NCBI GenBank assembly: GCA_016870275.1
Contig: VGBZ01000005.1
Coordinates: 50,552 to 114,551 of the forward strand
Direction of reading: 5' to 3'
DNA length: 64,000 bases
Source: Actinomycetota bacterium
GTDB taxonomy: Bacteria; Actinomycetota; Acidimicrobiia; Acidimicrobiales; Microtrichaceae
The notes under the pieces are model-generated. The model saw only the letters and a list, made by a program, of their open reading frames with translations, was not told the DNA's origin and ran no database searches. Shown here piece after piece: positions 1-8,403 of this stretch. The translations under genes and the position numbers were made by a program. Numbering within the stretch: position 1 is the stretch's first letter; each line of letters begins with the position of its first letter.

Positions 1-202
1 GCCGGGCACGCTCGGGCGTTCGATCGGCGGGCTCGGCGTCGAACAGCAACTCGAGCGCCCGGTGGACCGTGGTCCCCTTGACCGCCGGGAGCGACGGCGG
101 TTCCGGCAGGCGGTCGATGTTGGTGAACCGGAACGCGAGCGCGCAGTTGGTGAAGCTCGAGACCTTGGACGGCGACAGCGTGCTCGGCAAAGGAAGCGAC
201 AT
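1..202 (-). CDS. RecB-family / PD-(D/E)XK nuclease-like protein, N-terminal part only (gene continues past the window start)
   Basis: Not in the ORF track because it runs off the window. Reverse translation from the ATG at 202-200 gives MSLPLPSTLSPSKVSSFTNCALAFRFTNIDRLPEPPSLPAVKGTTVHRALELLFDAEPADRTPE. This matches the conserved N-terminus I recall for actinobacterial RecB-family exonucleases (LSPS..F..C.L.FRF..IDRLPEP....G...H). Confidence 0.55.
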   Translation of the reverse strand, partial: MSLPLPSTLSPSKVSSFTNCALAFRFTNIDRLPEPPSLPAVKGTTVHRALELLFDAEPADRTPERAR

Positions 203-255
203 GGGGTGATCGTAGAACCTGCGGGTGACAGAGCCCGTTCTCGGGGTCGACGGCC

Positions 256-1116
256 TCAGTCGAGGGCCCGGACTGCAGCGGTGACCGAGTCCGCCATCTG
301 CTCGAGATCGCTCAACGGGGCGAAGTGCCCGACCTCCGGATGGGTCTCGAGCCGGCCGAAGGGGAGGCGTTCGGCCACTCCGGGGGCGAGCATCGGCGGT
401 CCCGGCTCGGGTCGTCCGCAGACCACCGTGACCGGACAGCGCACCTCATCGAGGTGCTGCCATGTGTGGGGTGACGTCCCAGCGGCGTAGGTCGATGCCT
501 CGAACTCGGGTTGGCATCGGAGGGTGACGCCGCCATCTGGACTCGCTGCGAAACCGTGCCGGACGTAGGCCGCCAGTGCCTCGGGGTGCAGCACCGACAA
601 CGGCGGCTTGGACGAGAAGTTGGCGAGCGCCGCATCAGCCGACGGGAAGTCGGCCCGCCGACGCCGTGCAGCATCGACCATCGGGTTGGGTGCACCGGGG
701 GGAGGGCTGGGGAAGTCGGCCGGGAACACGATCGGTTCGAAGAGCCACAGTCCCGAGAAGGTGCCCGGTCGGGCGATCTCCGCGAGTAGGAGCGACGCCC
801 CGCCCATCGAGTGCCCGATGCCGAACGGACGATCCAGGCCCAGGGCGTCGATCGCAGCTGTGACGTCGTCGCCGGTGGCGACCCAGTCCATCGAGTCGCC
901 GCCACCCGACTGGCCGTGACCGCGGATGTCGAGCGCTGTGATGTGTAGACCCTCGAGTCGACCGACGAGGGGCAGCCACGTGCCGGCGCAGAACCCGGTG
1001 GCGTGCACGAGCAGTGCATCCGGGCCTTTGCCACCGAGGTCGTAGACGGCCACGGGGGTCCCGTCGGCTGAGGTCGTGGTGTCCGGGTCGTCCAGCACGG
1101 CGAGGTCGAAGTCCAC
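256..1116 (-). CDS. alpha/beta hydrolase fold protein
   Basis: ORF 256..1251. Contains the nucleophile elbow GHSMGG and the HATGFCAGTW oxyanion region. The likely start is the GTG at 1116 (VDFDLAVLDD...); the upstream part of the ORF is Arg/Pro/Ser-rich and not coding-like. Confidence 0.8.
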   Translation of the reverse strand: MDFDLAVLDDPDTTTSADGTPVAVYDLGGKGPDALLVHATGFCAGTWLPLVGRLEGLHITALDIRGHGQSGGGDSMDWVATGDDVTAAIDALGLDRPFGIGHSMGGASLLLAEIARPGTFSGLWLFEPIVFPADFPSPPPGAPNPMVDAARRRRADFPSADAALANFSSKPPLSVLHPEALAAYVRHGFAASPDGGVTLRCQPEFEASTYAAGTSPHTWQHLDEVRCPVTVVCGRPEPGPPMLAPGVAERLPFGRLETHPEVGHFAPLSDLEQMADSVTAAVRALD

Positions 1117-1190
1117 CTTCTCAGCCTGCCACCCGGGCCGCTGTGTGGGAGATTCCGGTTCCCCGGGTCGGATGTGGCGATAATGGCCCT

Positions 1191-2801
1191 GTGAGCAGTG
1201 TGGTGACCGAAGAGGCTGGGAACTCGGGGGGTTCGACTCCTGATCAAGCACCGCTCGTCCTGTTGACGCTGATCCTGGTGGCCACGGTTGCCAACCTCAA
1301 CCTCTCGGTGGCCAACGTGGCGCTACCGGACATCGGGCTGGCGTTCGACGCCTCGCAACTCCAGATCAACCTGGTGGCGGTCGGTTACTCACTCGGTCTG
1401 GCCTCCTCGGTGCTGTATCTGGGGGCAATCGGTGATCGCTACGGTCGCAAGACACTCCTGTTGCTCGGGACGGGACTCGCCATCCCGGCCTCGCTACTCG
1501 CCGCCTGGGCGCCCTCAGTGGGCTTCCTGATCGCCTTCCGGATCCTGGGCGGTTTCGCCGCCGGCATGGCGTTCCCGACCACGCTCGCTCTCATCACGGC
1601 GCTGTGGTCCGGCCAGGCCCGGACACGTTCGATCGCACTGTGGTCGGCGATCGGCGGTGCCATGGCTGCGCTCGGTCCGCTCGTGTCGGGGTTGCTCCTG
1701 CAGTGGTTCTGGTGGGGTTCCCCGTTCCTGTTCACGGTGCCGCTCGCTGCGGTCGCAGTCGTCCTGGCGCTCAAGCTCATCCCCGCTCACGTCGGTGAGA
1801 GCGACGAGCAGGTGGACCACTTCGGTGGGGTGGTGTCAGTGGTGTTCGTGGCCGCTCTCGTGGCCGCGATCACCTTCGTCGTCAAGCCGGAAGCCTCCAC
1901 GTTGGCACTCGTGTTGTTCGTCGTGGCGGTGGTGGCGGGCGTGGTGTTCATCCTGCAGCAGCGTCGGGCACCAAACCCTCTGTATGACCTGCACTACGCC
2001 GCCCGTCCGACCTTCTGGGTGGCGGCCATCGCCGGCATCATCGTGTTCGGATCCCTCATGGGCGGGATCTTCATCGCCCAGCAGTACCTCCAGAACGTCG
2101 AGGGGTACAGCCCGCTCGCCTCCGGGGCATCGGTCCTCCCGGCGGCGCTCGTGATGGTGGTCGTGGCCCCACGGTCGGCCAAGCTCATCGAGTCGATCGG
2201 TTCGCGTGCCACGCTCCTGGTGGGTTACGTCCTCTGTTTCGCCGGCCTGCTCGTGATGCTCTTCGTCTGGGGTGACGGCACGAGTTACGTGTGGATCGCC
2301 GTGGCTGTGATGTTGGTGGGAGCCGGCGTCGGCCTGGCGGGCACGCCGGCGTCCCGATCGCTCACCGGTTCGGTGCCGGTGCAGCGGGTCGGCATGGCGT
2401 CGGGGACGGCGGATCTGCAGCGCGACCTGGGCGCAGCGATCATGCAGTCGATCATGGGTGCGTTGCTGACCGCGGGTTACGCCGGCACCGTCGCCGACCT
2501 CATCGCCGGGGCGCCGACCGAAGCCCAACAGCAGCTCGCCGGTAACGCCACGACGACGCTCCAGAAGTCGTTTTCGAGCGCAGCGAACGTCGCCGAGCGC
2601 TACCCGCAGTACGCGGACGCAATCATCGCGGGCGCCCGAGAGAGCTTCGTGGCGGGCCAGGACTGGGCGTTCAGCGCTGCGGCGATTGCCGTGGCTCTGG
2701 GGGCGGTGCTGGTGTGGTTCTGCTTCCCGAACCGTGACCGCGAGCTCGAACTGATCGCCCGCTACGCAGCCGAGGACGGCAGCCCCTCGGCAACGATCTA
2801 G
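1191..2801 (+). CDS. MFS transporter, DHA2 (EmrB/QacA-like, 14-TM) drug:H+ antiporter family
   Basis: ORF 1014..2801. Hydrophobic multi-TM profile with the MFS motif LGAIGDRYGRKTLLL. In-frame GTG at 1191 (VSSVVTEEAG...); the upstream part of the ORF is Arg-rich junk. Confidence 0.8.
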   Translation: MSSVVTEEAGNSGGSTPDQAPLVLLTLILVATVANLNLSVANVALPDIGLAFDASQLQINLVAVGYSLGLASSVLYLGAIGDRYGRKTLLLLGTGLAIPASLLAAWAPSVGFLIAFRILGGFAAGMAFPTTLALITALWSGQARTRSIALWSAIGGAMAALGPLVSGLLLQWFWWGSPFLFTVPLAAVAVVLALKLIPAHVGESDEQVDHFGGVVSVVFVAALVAAITFVVKPEASTLALVLFVVAVVAGVVFILQQRRAPNPLYDLHYAARPTFWVAAIAGIIVFGSLMGGIFIAQQYLQNVEGYSPLASGASVLPAALVMVVVAPRSAKLIESIGSRATLLVGYVLCFAGLLVMLFVWGDGTSYVWIAVAVMLVGAGVGLAGTPASRSLTGSVPVQRVGMASGTADLQRDLGAAIMQSIMGALLTAGYAGTVADLIAGAPTEAQQQLAGNATTTLQKSFSSAANVAERYPQYADAIIAGARESFVAGQDWAFSAAAIAVALGAVLVWFCFPNRDRELELIARYAAEDGSPSATI

Positions 2802-2833
2802 GCGCGGGTCGAGGCCTCAGGGGACTGAGCTGC

Positions 2834-4093
2834 TCAGAATCGCCGGGCGAAGACGCGCATGATCCCGGCGCCGACGGCCATCATGAATCCGATCACGATC
2901 GTTGACGGATCAAATGCGAGGTCGCCGAGGATCGGCGGCCCCTGTGTTGTTCCGAGCGGGTTGACCTCTGATCCGACCACTCCGGCGATCGAACAGATCA
3001 CCAGGAAGACGCCAACGGCCTGCACCACGGCGAGCATCGGAACGAGGACGAACGACGCCACGGTGCCGCCGACGGTCATGGGCGAGTCGTACGGGTTCTT
3101 CGGCCCGACGAGTCGGAACGCCAGACGGCGAATGAGGGTGACCACACTCGCAGCAACGATCAGCACTCCGAGCAGCAGAGCGATCGGCACCGCAGCCCGG
3201 AACGGTGAGGACGCGCCGACCACCTGCTCGATCGCAGCATCGGTGAGGTCCGACTGTTGGAAGTCGGCGCCGGTCACGATCGCCCCGGTCAGGTCGGCTC
3301 CGCTCAGGTCCGACTGGGTGAACGAGCTGTTGCTCAGGTCGGCCTTCCGCATGTCCGCTGACTGGAAGTACGACTGGGATGCGGTCACGGAGCGCAGGTC
3401 GGCCCCGGTCAGCGTCGCCTCGTTCAGGTAGGTCTGGACCAGATAGGCGTCGGGCAGGAGGGCGTCGGTGAGATCGGCGCCGTTCAACTCGGACTGGGTG
3501 AACTCAGAGTCGCTGGCATCCACCCCGACCATGAGGGCGCCCGTCAGATCGACCTGCGTGAACTCGACGTCGAGCATCGTGGCTCCGACCAGGTCCGCTC
3601 CGGGCAACTCGACCTGCCCGAGGGCCGTGGAGCTGATCTGCACACCGCGCAGGTCGGCACCCTGCAGTTGTGTCTGCGTCATCGTGCCGCTCCGAATCGT
3701 CGTGTCCCGGAGGACCGCACCCCGCAGGTTGGTCTGGGTGAAGTTGACGGACACGAGCGTCGCTCCGCTCAGGTTGGCGCCGTTGAGGTCTGCCTGCGTG
3801 AGGTCGATCCCGGTCATCATCGCCCCCTGCAGGTTGGCGCAACGAAGGTCGATTGAGCTGGGTGCCAGAGGGAGTGGGTTCGTGTTGAAGTCACGCCCCG
3901 GCGCCTGCAGCGGCTCGGCGGGACAGATGATGGCGTCGTCGCCGGATGGCTCCTGAGCGGTCGCCGGTGCTGCGGGCCCACACGCCAGCAGGACGATCAG
4001 TGCCGTGACGCCAGTGCTGGTGAGTGCGCGTCGCCGGGTACCGGACTTGGTGGTCGATCCCATGCCGAGGGGAGCAACGAGCCCGCCGTTCAT
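2834..4093 (-). CDS. exported pentapeptide-repeat protein with N-terminal signal/lipobox and C-terminal transmembrane segments
   Basis: ORF 2834..4585, with a probable ATG at 4093 (MNGGLVAPLGMGSTTKSGTRRRALTSTGVTALIVLLAC...). It has about 55 consecutive A(D/N)LXX pentapeptide units (ANLQGAMMTGIDLTQADLNGANLSGATL...). About 3 hydrophobic helices follow at the C-terminus. Confidence 0.8.
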   Translation of the reverse strand: MNGGLVAPLGMGSTTKSGTRRRALTSTGVTALIVLLACGPAAPATAQEPSGDDAIICPAEPLQAPGRDFNTNPLPLAPSSIDLRCANLQGAMMTGIDLTQADLNGANLSGATLVSVNFTQTNLRGAVLRDTTIRSGTMTQTQLQGADLRGVQISSTALGQVELPGADLVGATMLDVEFTQVDLTGALMVGVDASDSEFTQSELNGADLTDALLPDAYLVQTYLNEATLTGADLRSVTASQSYFQSADMRKADLSNSSFTQSDLSGADLTGAIVTGADFQQSDLTDAAIEQVVGASSPFRAAVPIALLLGVLIVAASVVTLIRRLAFRLVGPKNPYDSPMTVGGTVASFVLVPMLAVVQAVGVFLVICSIAGVVGSEVNPLGTTQGPPILGDLAFDPSTIVIGFMMAVGAGIMRVFARRF

Positions 4094-4149
4094 GACAGCT
4101 TTCTGCGTTCCAGTTGAACTTTTGTGGCGTCGCACTGCGTCGCCCGGCC

Positions 4150-5076
4150 TCACCGTTGCCTCGCCTCCGGTGTCGAGGCGATGAATCCGCTGACGATCTC
4201 GACGAGTTGGTCGCTGCAGTCCTCCTGCAGGAAGTGACCGCCGCCGGTGACCGTCGTGTGCGGTTGGCCGGCGGCCCCGGGGATCCGCTCTCGGATCGCC
4301 CGGTCGGCGCCGGCGGTGATCGGGTCGCTGTCGCTGAAGGCGCACAGCACAGGGCGTTCGAAGCGCTCGAGTTCCTCCCATGCCGCTCGGTTTGCGGGAG
4401 CCTCCGGATCGTCCGGCGAGGCTGGGACCAGCGTGGGGAACTGTCGGGCCCCGGCCACGTAGGTCTGGTCGGGGAAGGGTGCGTCGTAGGCGGCGAGCGC
4501 CCCGTCGGTCAGGGCCGAGACACACCCCATCGCCACCACGGCGCTCGAGGAGAACTCCGGGACATTCTGAGAGAAGTCCCGCCACATCCTGAATGCATCA
4601 CCGGGGTCACGGTCGCCGGTGGGCAGGAAGGTGTTGGCCACGACGAGGCGGTCGAAGCGGTCGGGCCGGGCGGCCACGAGTCGCAGGCCGATCAGGCCAC
4701 CCCAGTCCTGACAGAACAGCGTCACGTGTTGCAGATCGAGTGCCTCGAGCCACTGGGTCATCCACTCGACGTGGCGTGCGTAGGTGTAGTCGCTGCGTTC
4801 AGCGGGTTTGTCGGATCGACCGAAGCCGATCAGGTCCGGGGCCACGACCCGGTGTCCCGCTGCCACGAGCCCGGCGATCATCGTGCGGTAGAGGTACGAC
4901 CACGACGGCTCCCCGTGCATCAACAGGATCGGATCCGTGTCGCTCGGCCCCTCGTCCACGCAGGCCACCCGCAGTTCGGTGCCGTCGACCGGGTCGGTGA
5001 CCGTCACGTACCGGGGCTCGAACGGCCAACCGGGCAGGCCGTCGAAGCGTTCGTCGGGGGTTCTCAGGACGCGCAT
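4150..5076 (-). CDS. haloalkane dehalogenase-type alpha/beta hydrolase (HLD-I-like)
   Basis: The N-terminus RTPDERFDGLPGWPFEPRYV...LLMHGEPSWSYLYR, the nucleophile motif CQDWGG and the C-terminal GGHFLQED are the hallmark blocks of haloalkane dehalogenases as I recall them. Confidence 0.8.
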   Translation of the reverse strand: MRVLRTPDERFDGLPGWPFEPRYVTVTDPVDGTELRVACVDEGPSDTDPILLMHGEPSWSYLYRTMIAGLVAAGHRVVAPDLIGFGRSDKPAERSDYTYARHVEWMTQWLEALDLQHVTLFCQDWGGLIGLRLVAARPDRFDRLVVANTFLPTGDRDPGDAFRMWRDFSQNVPEFSSSAVVAMGCVSALTDGALAAYDAPFPDQTYVAGARQFPTLVPASPDDPEAPANRAAWEELERFERPVLCAFSDSDPITAGADRAIRERIPGAAGQPHTTVTGGGHFLQEDCSDQLVEIVSGFIASTPEARQR

Positions 5077-5187
5077 GGCCCGACCCTAAGCGCGGAGCGG
5101 GTCACGCCTGGGCGGTTGCGAGGGAGGAGGGTTCCCGCCCGGCTCAGGAGCGGCCGGTGACCGTCTGGACCGAGGTGGGATTGGCGG

Positions 5188-6267
5188 TCACCAGCCGGCG
5201 CGGGCCGCCGCCGCCAGGATCTCCTCCGTCACCAGCTCGGGCTGCTGGAGGAAGAAGTAGTGAGGGCCGCCCGAGACGATCTCGATCCGGGCCGAGGGCA
5301 CCGCCGCGCGCAGGGGGTCCGCCCCGGCGACCCGCTTGACCTCAGCCAGTCGTCCGGCGCAGTCGCGCAGTGACTCCCGGACCTCCGGCGTGGCCAGCGC
5401 CGACAACGGGAAGGCAGCCGCCGGATCAGCGTCGTCGCCGATGAGGGCCGTCACCGGGACGTCGATCCCCGTGTAGTCGGGGCCCACGGCGTTCGTCCCC
5501 TCGTTGATCCCGGCCTCGGCCACGCTCCGGTCGATCGCCTGGATCGACCCGTTCGGCGTGGGTACGACCTGACGGCGCAGCTCGCTCGGCGGGATCGGTG
5601 CCCCGAGGACCGCCTCCTGCTGTCGGGCGGCGGCGGCCATGCTCACCAGCTCGAGCTGGCCGTCGATCATCTGGACCTCATCGGGACCGAACTCCAGGAC
5701 CTGGTCGGCCGTCGGTGCGAGCGGGAGGCACTCGTCGAAGACTGCGGTCGATGGGTCGGTCCGGTCGAAGGCAGCATCCAGGTAGACGAGCCCCACGGGC
5801 AGGTCCGGTCGGGTCCGGGCGATCCCCGTCATCTCGTCCCCGGCGATGGAGTGCCCGACGATCAGCGCCCGGTCGATCCCGAGTGCGTCGAGTGCCGCCA
5901 GGTCGTCGGCCACCCGGGTGGCCACGTCGTAGCCGTCCTCGGTGGTCGTCGATCCTCCGTAGCCGCGACGGGTCAGGCCGATCACACGGTGGTCGGCCGT
6001 GAGACGGGGTGCCAGGTCGTCGAAGACGGCGGCGGAGTTGCCCAAGCCGGTCAGCAGGACGATCGGCGGGCCGTCCCCGCCCCAGTCCCGGTACTCGAGC
6101 TCGACCCCGTCGGCGACCCGTACCAGGCCGACCTCGGGGAACTCGCCGGTCGGTGTGGCGAGCGGCGTGTCGATGCCCGGGACATCCTCGGTGCAGCCCG
6201 CACCCGTGATCGCCACGACGAGGGCTGCGGTTGCGATCACGGCTCGCTTGAACTGACGCTGTGTCAC
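5188..6267 (-). CDS. secreted (possible lipoprotein) alpha/beta hydrolase
   Basis: Signal peptide with a Cys (MTQRQFKRAVIATAALVVAITGAGC), an LLTGLGNS oxyanion region and a GHSIAG nucleophile elbow. Confidence 0.75.
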   Translation of the reverse strand: MTQRQFKRAVIATAALVVAITGAGCTEDVPGIDTPLATPTGEFPEVGLVRVADGVELEYRDWGGDGPPIVLLTGLGNSAAVFDDLAPRLTADHRVIGLTRRGYGGSTTTEDGYDVATRVADDLAALDALGIDRALIVGHSIAGDEMTGIARTRPDLPVGLVYLDAAFDRTDPSTAVFDECLPLAPTADQVLEFGPDEVQMIDGQLELVSMAAAARQQEAVLGAPIPPSELRRQVVPTPNGSIQAIDRSVAEAGINEGTNAVGPDYTGIDVPVTALIGDDADPAAAFPLSALATPEVRESLRDCAGRLAEVKRVAGADPLRAAVPSARIEIVSGGPHYFFLQQPELVTEEILAAAARAGW

Positions 6268-6444
6268 GCTCCTCGAGTCCCTCCCCGGTAGTCCGCTCTG
6301 TCAGTCTAGGAGGGCCCGGTGGAATTGCTCTCTGTAGGCCTCCTGTCGCAGGTGGGCACGGTTCGCACCGCCCTTGAGATCGTCCAGCTGTTGGGCAACC
6401 TGCCAGCGCCCTTGGTGGTTGTCTACCCACGCAGAATGGCGCGG

Positions 6445-6496
6445 GTGCTTCCGCGGAAGCGTTTTGTGTGGTGGTGGTGCTTCCTCGGAAGCGTTT
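6445..6496. promoter_or_regulatory. two copies of a 20-bp motif, each containing a 14-bp palindrome; candidate operator pair
   Basis: gtGCTTCCgcGGAAGCgttt lies at 6445-6464 and gtGCTTCCtcGGAAGCgttt at 6477-6496, with centres 32 bp apart. Both sit inside the 813-bp non-coding gap 6268-7080. Confidence 0.3.
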
Positions 6497-6800
6497 GGCG
6501 TCACGTCCGAACTCGACGGCTCGGTGGAGCTCGCACGCGTGCTGCGCCTGCGAGCGACTGGGGGAGTCAGGCCGATTGTCGGTCCGAACGGAGCAAGCCG
6601 AGGTCACCTGCGCTCACCAGCCCGGCGTTGAGGGCGTGTGAACCGCCCCGGGTTTCACGCAGGCTCTGGGGTCCGCTCGGTGGAGGGTGCGTCGCGGTTG
6701 CGGGTGTCGTTGCTGTGCTGTGGAGCCGGCGAGTGGTGTCACGGGGATCGGAGCCGCAGGCGGCGCTCGTCGTCGAGGCCTGAACGCCTCGCCATCATCG

Positions 6801-6966
6801 GTACAACAAGCGTTCTCGTACGTCTCGTTCGGTTCAGACGAACCAGCCGTACAAGATCGGTTGTTGTACGTCTCGTTCGGTTCAGACGAACCAGCCGTAC
6901 AAGATCGGTTGTTGTACGTCTCGTTCGGTTCAGACGAACCAGCCGTACAAGATCGGTTGTTGTACG
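6801..6966. repeat. 48-bp direct tandem repeat, three identical copies plus partial flanking copies
   Basis: The unit gtacgtctcgttcggttcagacgaaccagccgtacaagatcggttgtt starts at 6818, 6866 and 6914 (all identical). A fourth copy starts at 6962 and is truncated, and a degenerate partial copy lies at 6801-6817. Each unit contains dyads CGTCT..AGACG / GGTTC-agac-GAACC and CGTACAA-n9-TTGTACG. Confidence 0.95.
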
Positions 6967-7080
6967 GGGGCAGGGCCGCAGCGGGCAGTTCGCCGACAGA
7001 CAGGGGCCATCCGGCCCGGCCGGAGGCGTGGGGTCCACCGGGGGTTGGGCGGGGTGGTGCGGGCCCCTAGCCTGTGAGGC

Positions 7081-8403
7081 GTGACGACGGTCGGGGCAGT
7101 TGAGCCGTTCCGTTCAGTGGCGCCTCGGATGGGGTTCGTGGGCGGCTTCGACGGGATCCGCGGGATCGGCATCCTGCTCGTTCTGTTCAACCATGCGTGG
7201 TCACCGCTGTCGCCGAGCGTTGCCGGGATCATCGACGTGTTCTTCGTGATGAGCGCCTTTCTCATCACGACCCTGCTGCTCCAGGAGCACCGGGACCAGA
7301 ACGACATCAGCATGCGGAACTTCTACGCCCGCCGCGCCGTGCGGCTCCTGCCGTCGGCGTACCTGTGCATCGTGGCGTGGTTCGTGGTCGCGCTGCTGTT
7401 CGACCGCGAACGGCTCGGCACACTCTGGAAGGAGGCCCTGGCCGCAGTCACCTACCTCTACGAGATCTTCTTCCCCGTCGGCCTCGGAGCGCTCGACCCT
7501 CGTCTGGTGGAGAACCTGTCGATCGACCAGTTCTGGTCGCTGGCGGTCGAGGAGCAGTTCTATCTCCTGATTGCAGTGACGGTGCTGGTGTGCATCCGGC
7601 GTCGCTGGATGGTCCAGTTGGCGGTCCTGTTGGCGTTGGCTGCAACGTGGATCTCCTGGCAGCGGTGGGTCGGCGTGCCCGGGCCCGTACCGATCCCGAA
7701 TGATCCGGCCAACGCCAATCCGGTCGTTCGGGGACTCAGCCTCCTGTGGCTCTCCCGGCCGGACTCGCTCATGTGGGGCGTGGGCCTCGCTGTGGTGAAC
7801 GCCAAGCTTCCCGAGCCGCTCCCGGCCGCATGGCGTCGTTGGCTTCCCTGGGTGGGTGGCGTCGGACTCGCCGTGTCGTTCGTCAGCATGTTCCTCTCGA
7901 GCGGTTTGCTGCTCGACGTCACGTCCAAGCTCGGCCTGCCGTACCCGTACGTGCCCATGGCGCCGCGGACTCCGGTCGACTCCGATGGGCAGATCTACTG
8001 GATCAACTTCGGTCACACCCTGAGCGCAGTCAGCGTGATGCCAGCGTTGTTGTGCATGGTTCGCTACAAGGACTGGATCGCCAACCGGATGCTCGGCTGG
8101 AAGCCGCTGAGGTTCCTCGGCCGGATGTCCTACACCCTCTACGTCTGGCACACGCTGGTGTTCTTCGTGGTGCTCGACGTGCTCGGTGGCAACTCGGTGC
8201 TCGGAGAGAAGTGGCGGGTGCCGATTCTGGCGGTGATCACCATCGTGTCGTGTCTCCCGATCTTCTACGGTGTGGAACAGCGGATGCTCAGGATCAAGCT
8301 CCGATACGCCTCGGAGAAGGAGGTCCTCGACCTCAACACCGGCAGGATGATCAGCGTGGACGATGCACTGCGAACTGGTGGGTCCAAGGGGCCGTCGGCA
8401 TGA
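7081..8403 (+). CDS. membrane acyltransferase, acyltransferase-3 (AT3/OafA-like) family, paralog 1
   Basis: N-terminal AT3 signature GFDGIRGIGILLVLFNH, FFVMSAFLITTLLLQE, WSLAVEEQFY, about 10 hydrophobic helices, no SGNH domain. Confidence 0.85.
   Translation: MTTVGAVEPFRSVAPRMGFVGGFDGIRGIGILLVLFNHAWSPLSPSVAGIIDVFFVMSAFLITTLLLQEHRDQNDISMRNFYARRAVRLLPSAYLCIVAWFVVALLFDRERLGTLWKEALAAVTYLYEIFFPVGLGALDPRLVENLSIDQFWSLAVEEQFYLLIAVTVLVCIRRRWMVQLAVLLALAATWISWQRWVGVPGPVPIPNDPANANPVVRGLSLLWLSRPDSLMWGVGLAVVNAKLPEPLPAAWRRWLPWVGGVGLAVSFVSMFLSSGLLLDVTSKLGLPYPYVPMAPRTPVDSDGQIYWINFGHTLSAVSVMPALLCMVRYKDWIANRMLGWKPLRFLGRMSYTLYVWHTLVFFVVLDVLGGNSVLGEKWRVPILAVITIVSCLPIFYGVEQRMLRIKLRYASEKEVLDLNTGRMISVDDALRTGGSKGPSA

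Noticed and set aside
2834-4585. N-terminal extensions offered by the ORF track (for example 2834..4585, 1014..2801, 24110..25183, 47147..48484, 51425..52942, 53438..55411, 32154..33956, 45410..46639).
   Set aside because: The upstream portions are Arg/Pro-rich, overlap neighbouring genes, or precede family-typical N-termini with good internal ATG/GTG starts. Several of those starts have SD-like sequences or 4-nt stop/start overlaps. I used the shorter coordinates.
6301-6504. A 67-aa minus-strand ORF just upstream of the secreted hydrolase (…WQVAQQLDDLKGGANRAHLRQEAYREQFHRALLD).
   Set aside because: Its C-terminal half is not obviously junk. But its GC3 (~73% by hand count over 41 codons) seems lower than that of neighbouring genes, there is no recognisable family and no clear start or RBS. 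It is left unannotated and would need conservation or ribosome-profiling evidence.
6801-6966. Could the 48-bp repeats be a CRISPR array?
   Set aside because: The copies are directly adjacent with no spacers, and no cas genes are present in the window. It is a plain tandem repeat.
6638-7084. ORFs 6638..7084, 6687..7070 and 6739..7038, which span the 48-bp repeat.
   Set aside because: They exist in three frames and strands only because 48 is a multiple of 3 and the unit lacks stops. The translated repeats (VRLVRFRRTSRTRSVV and similar) are not protein-like.
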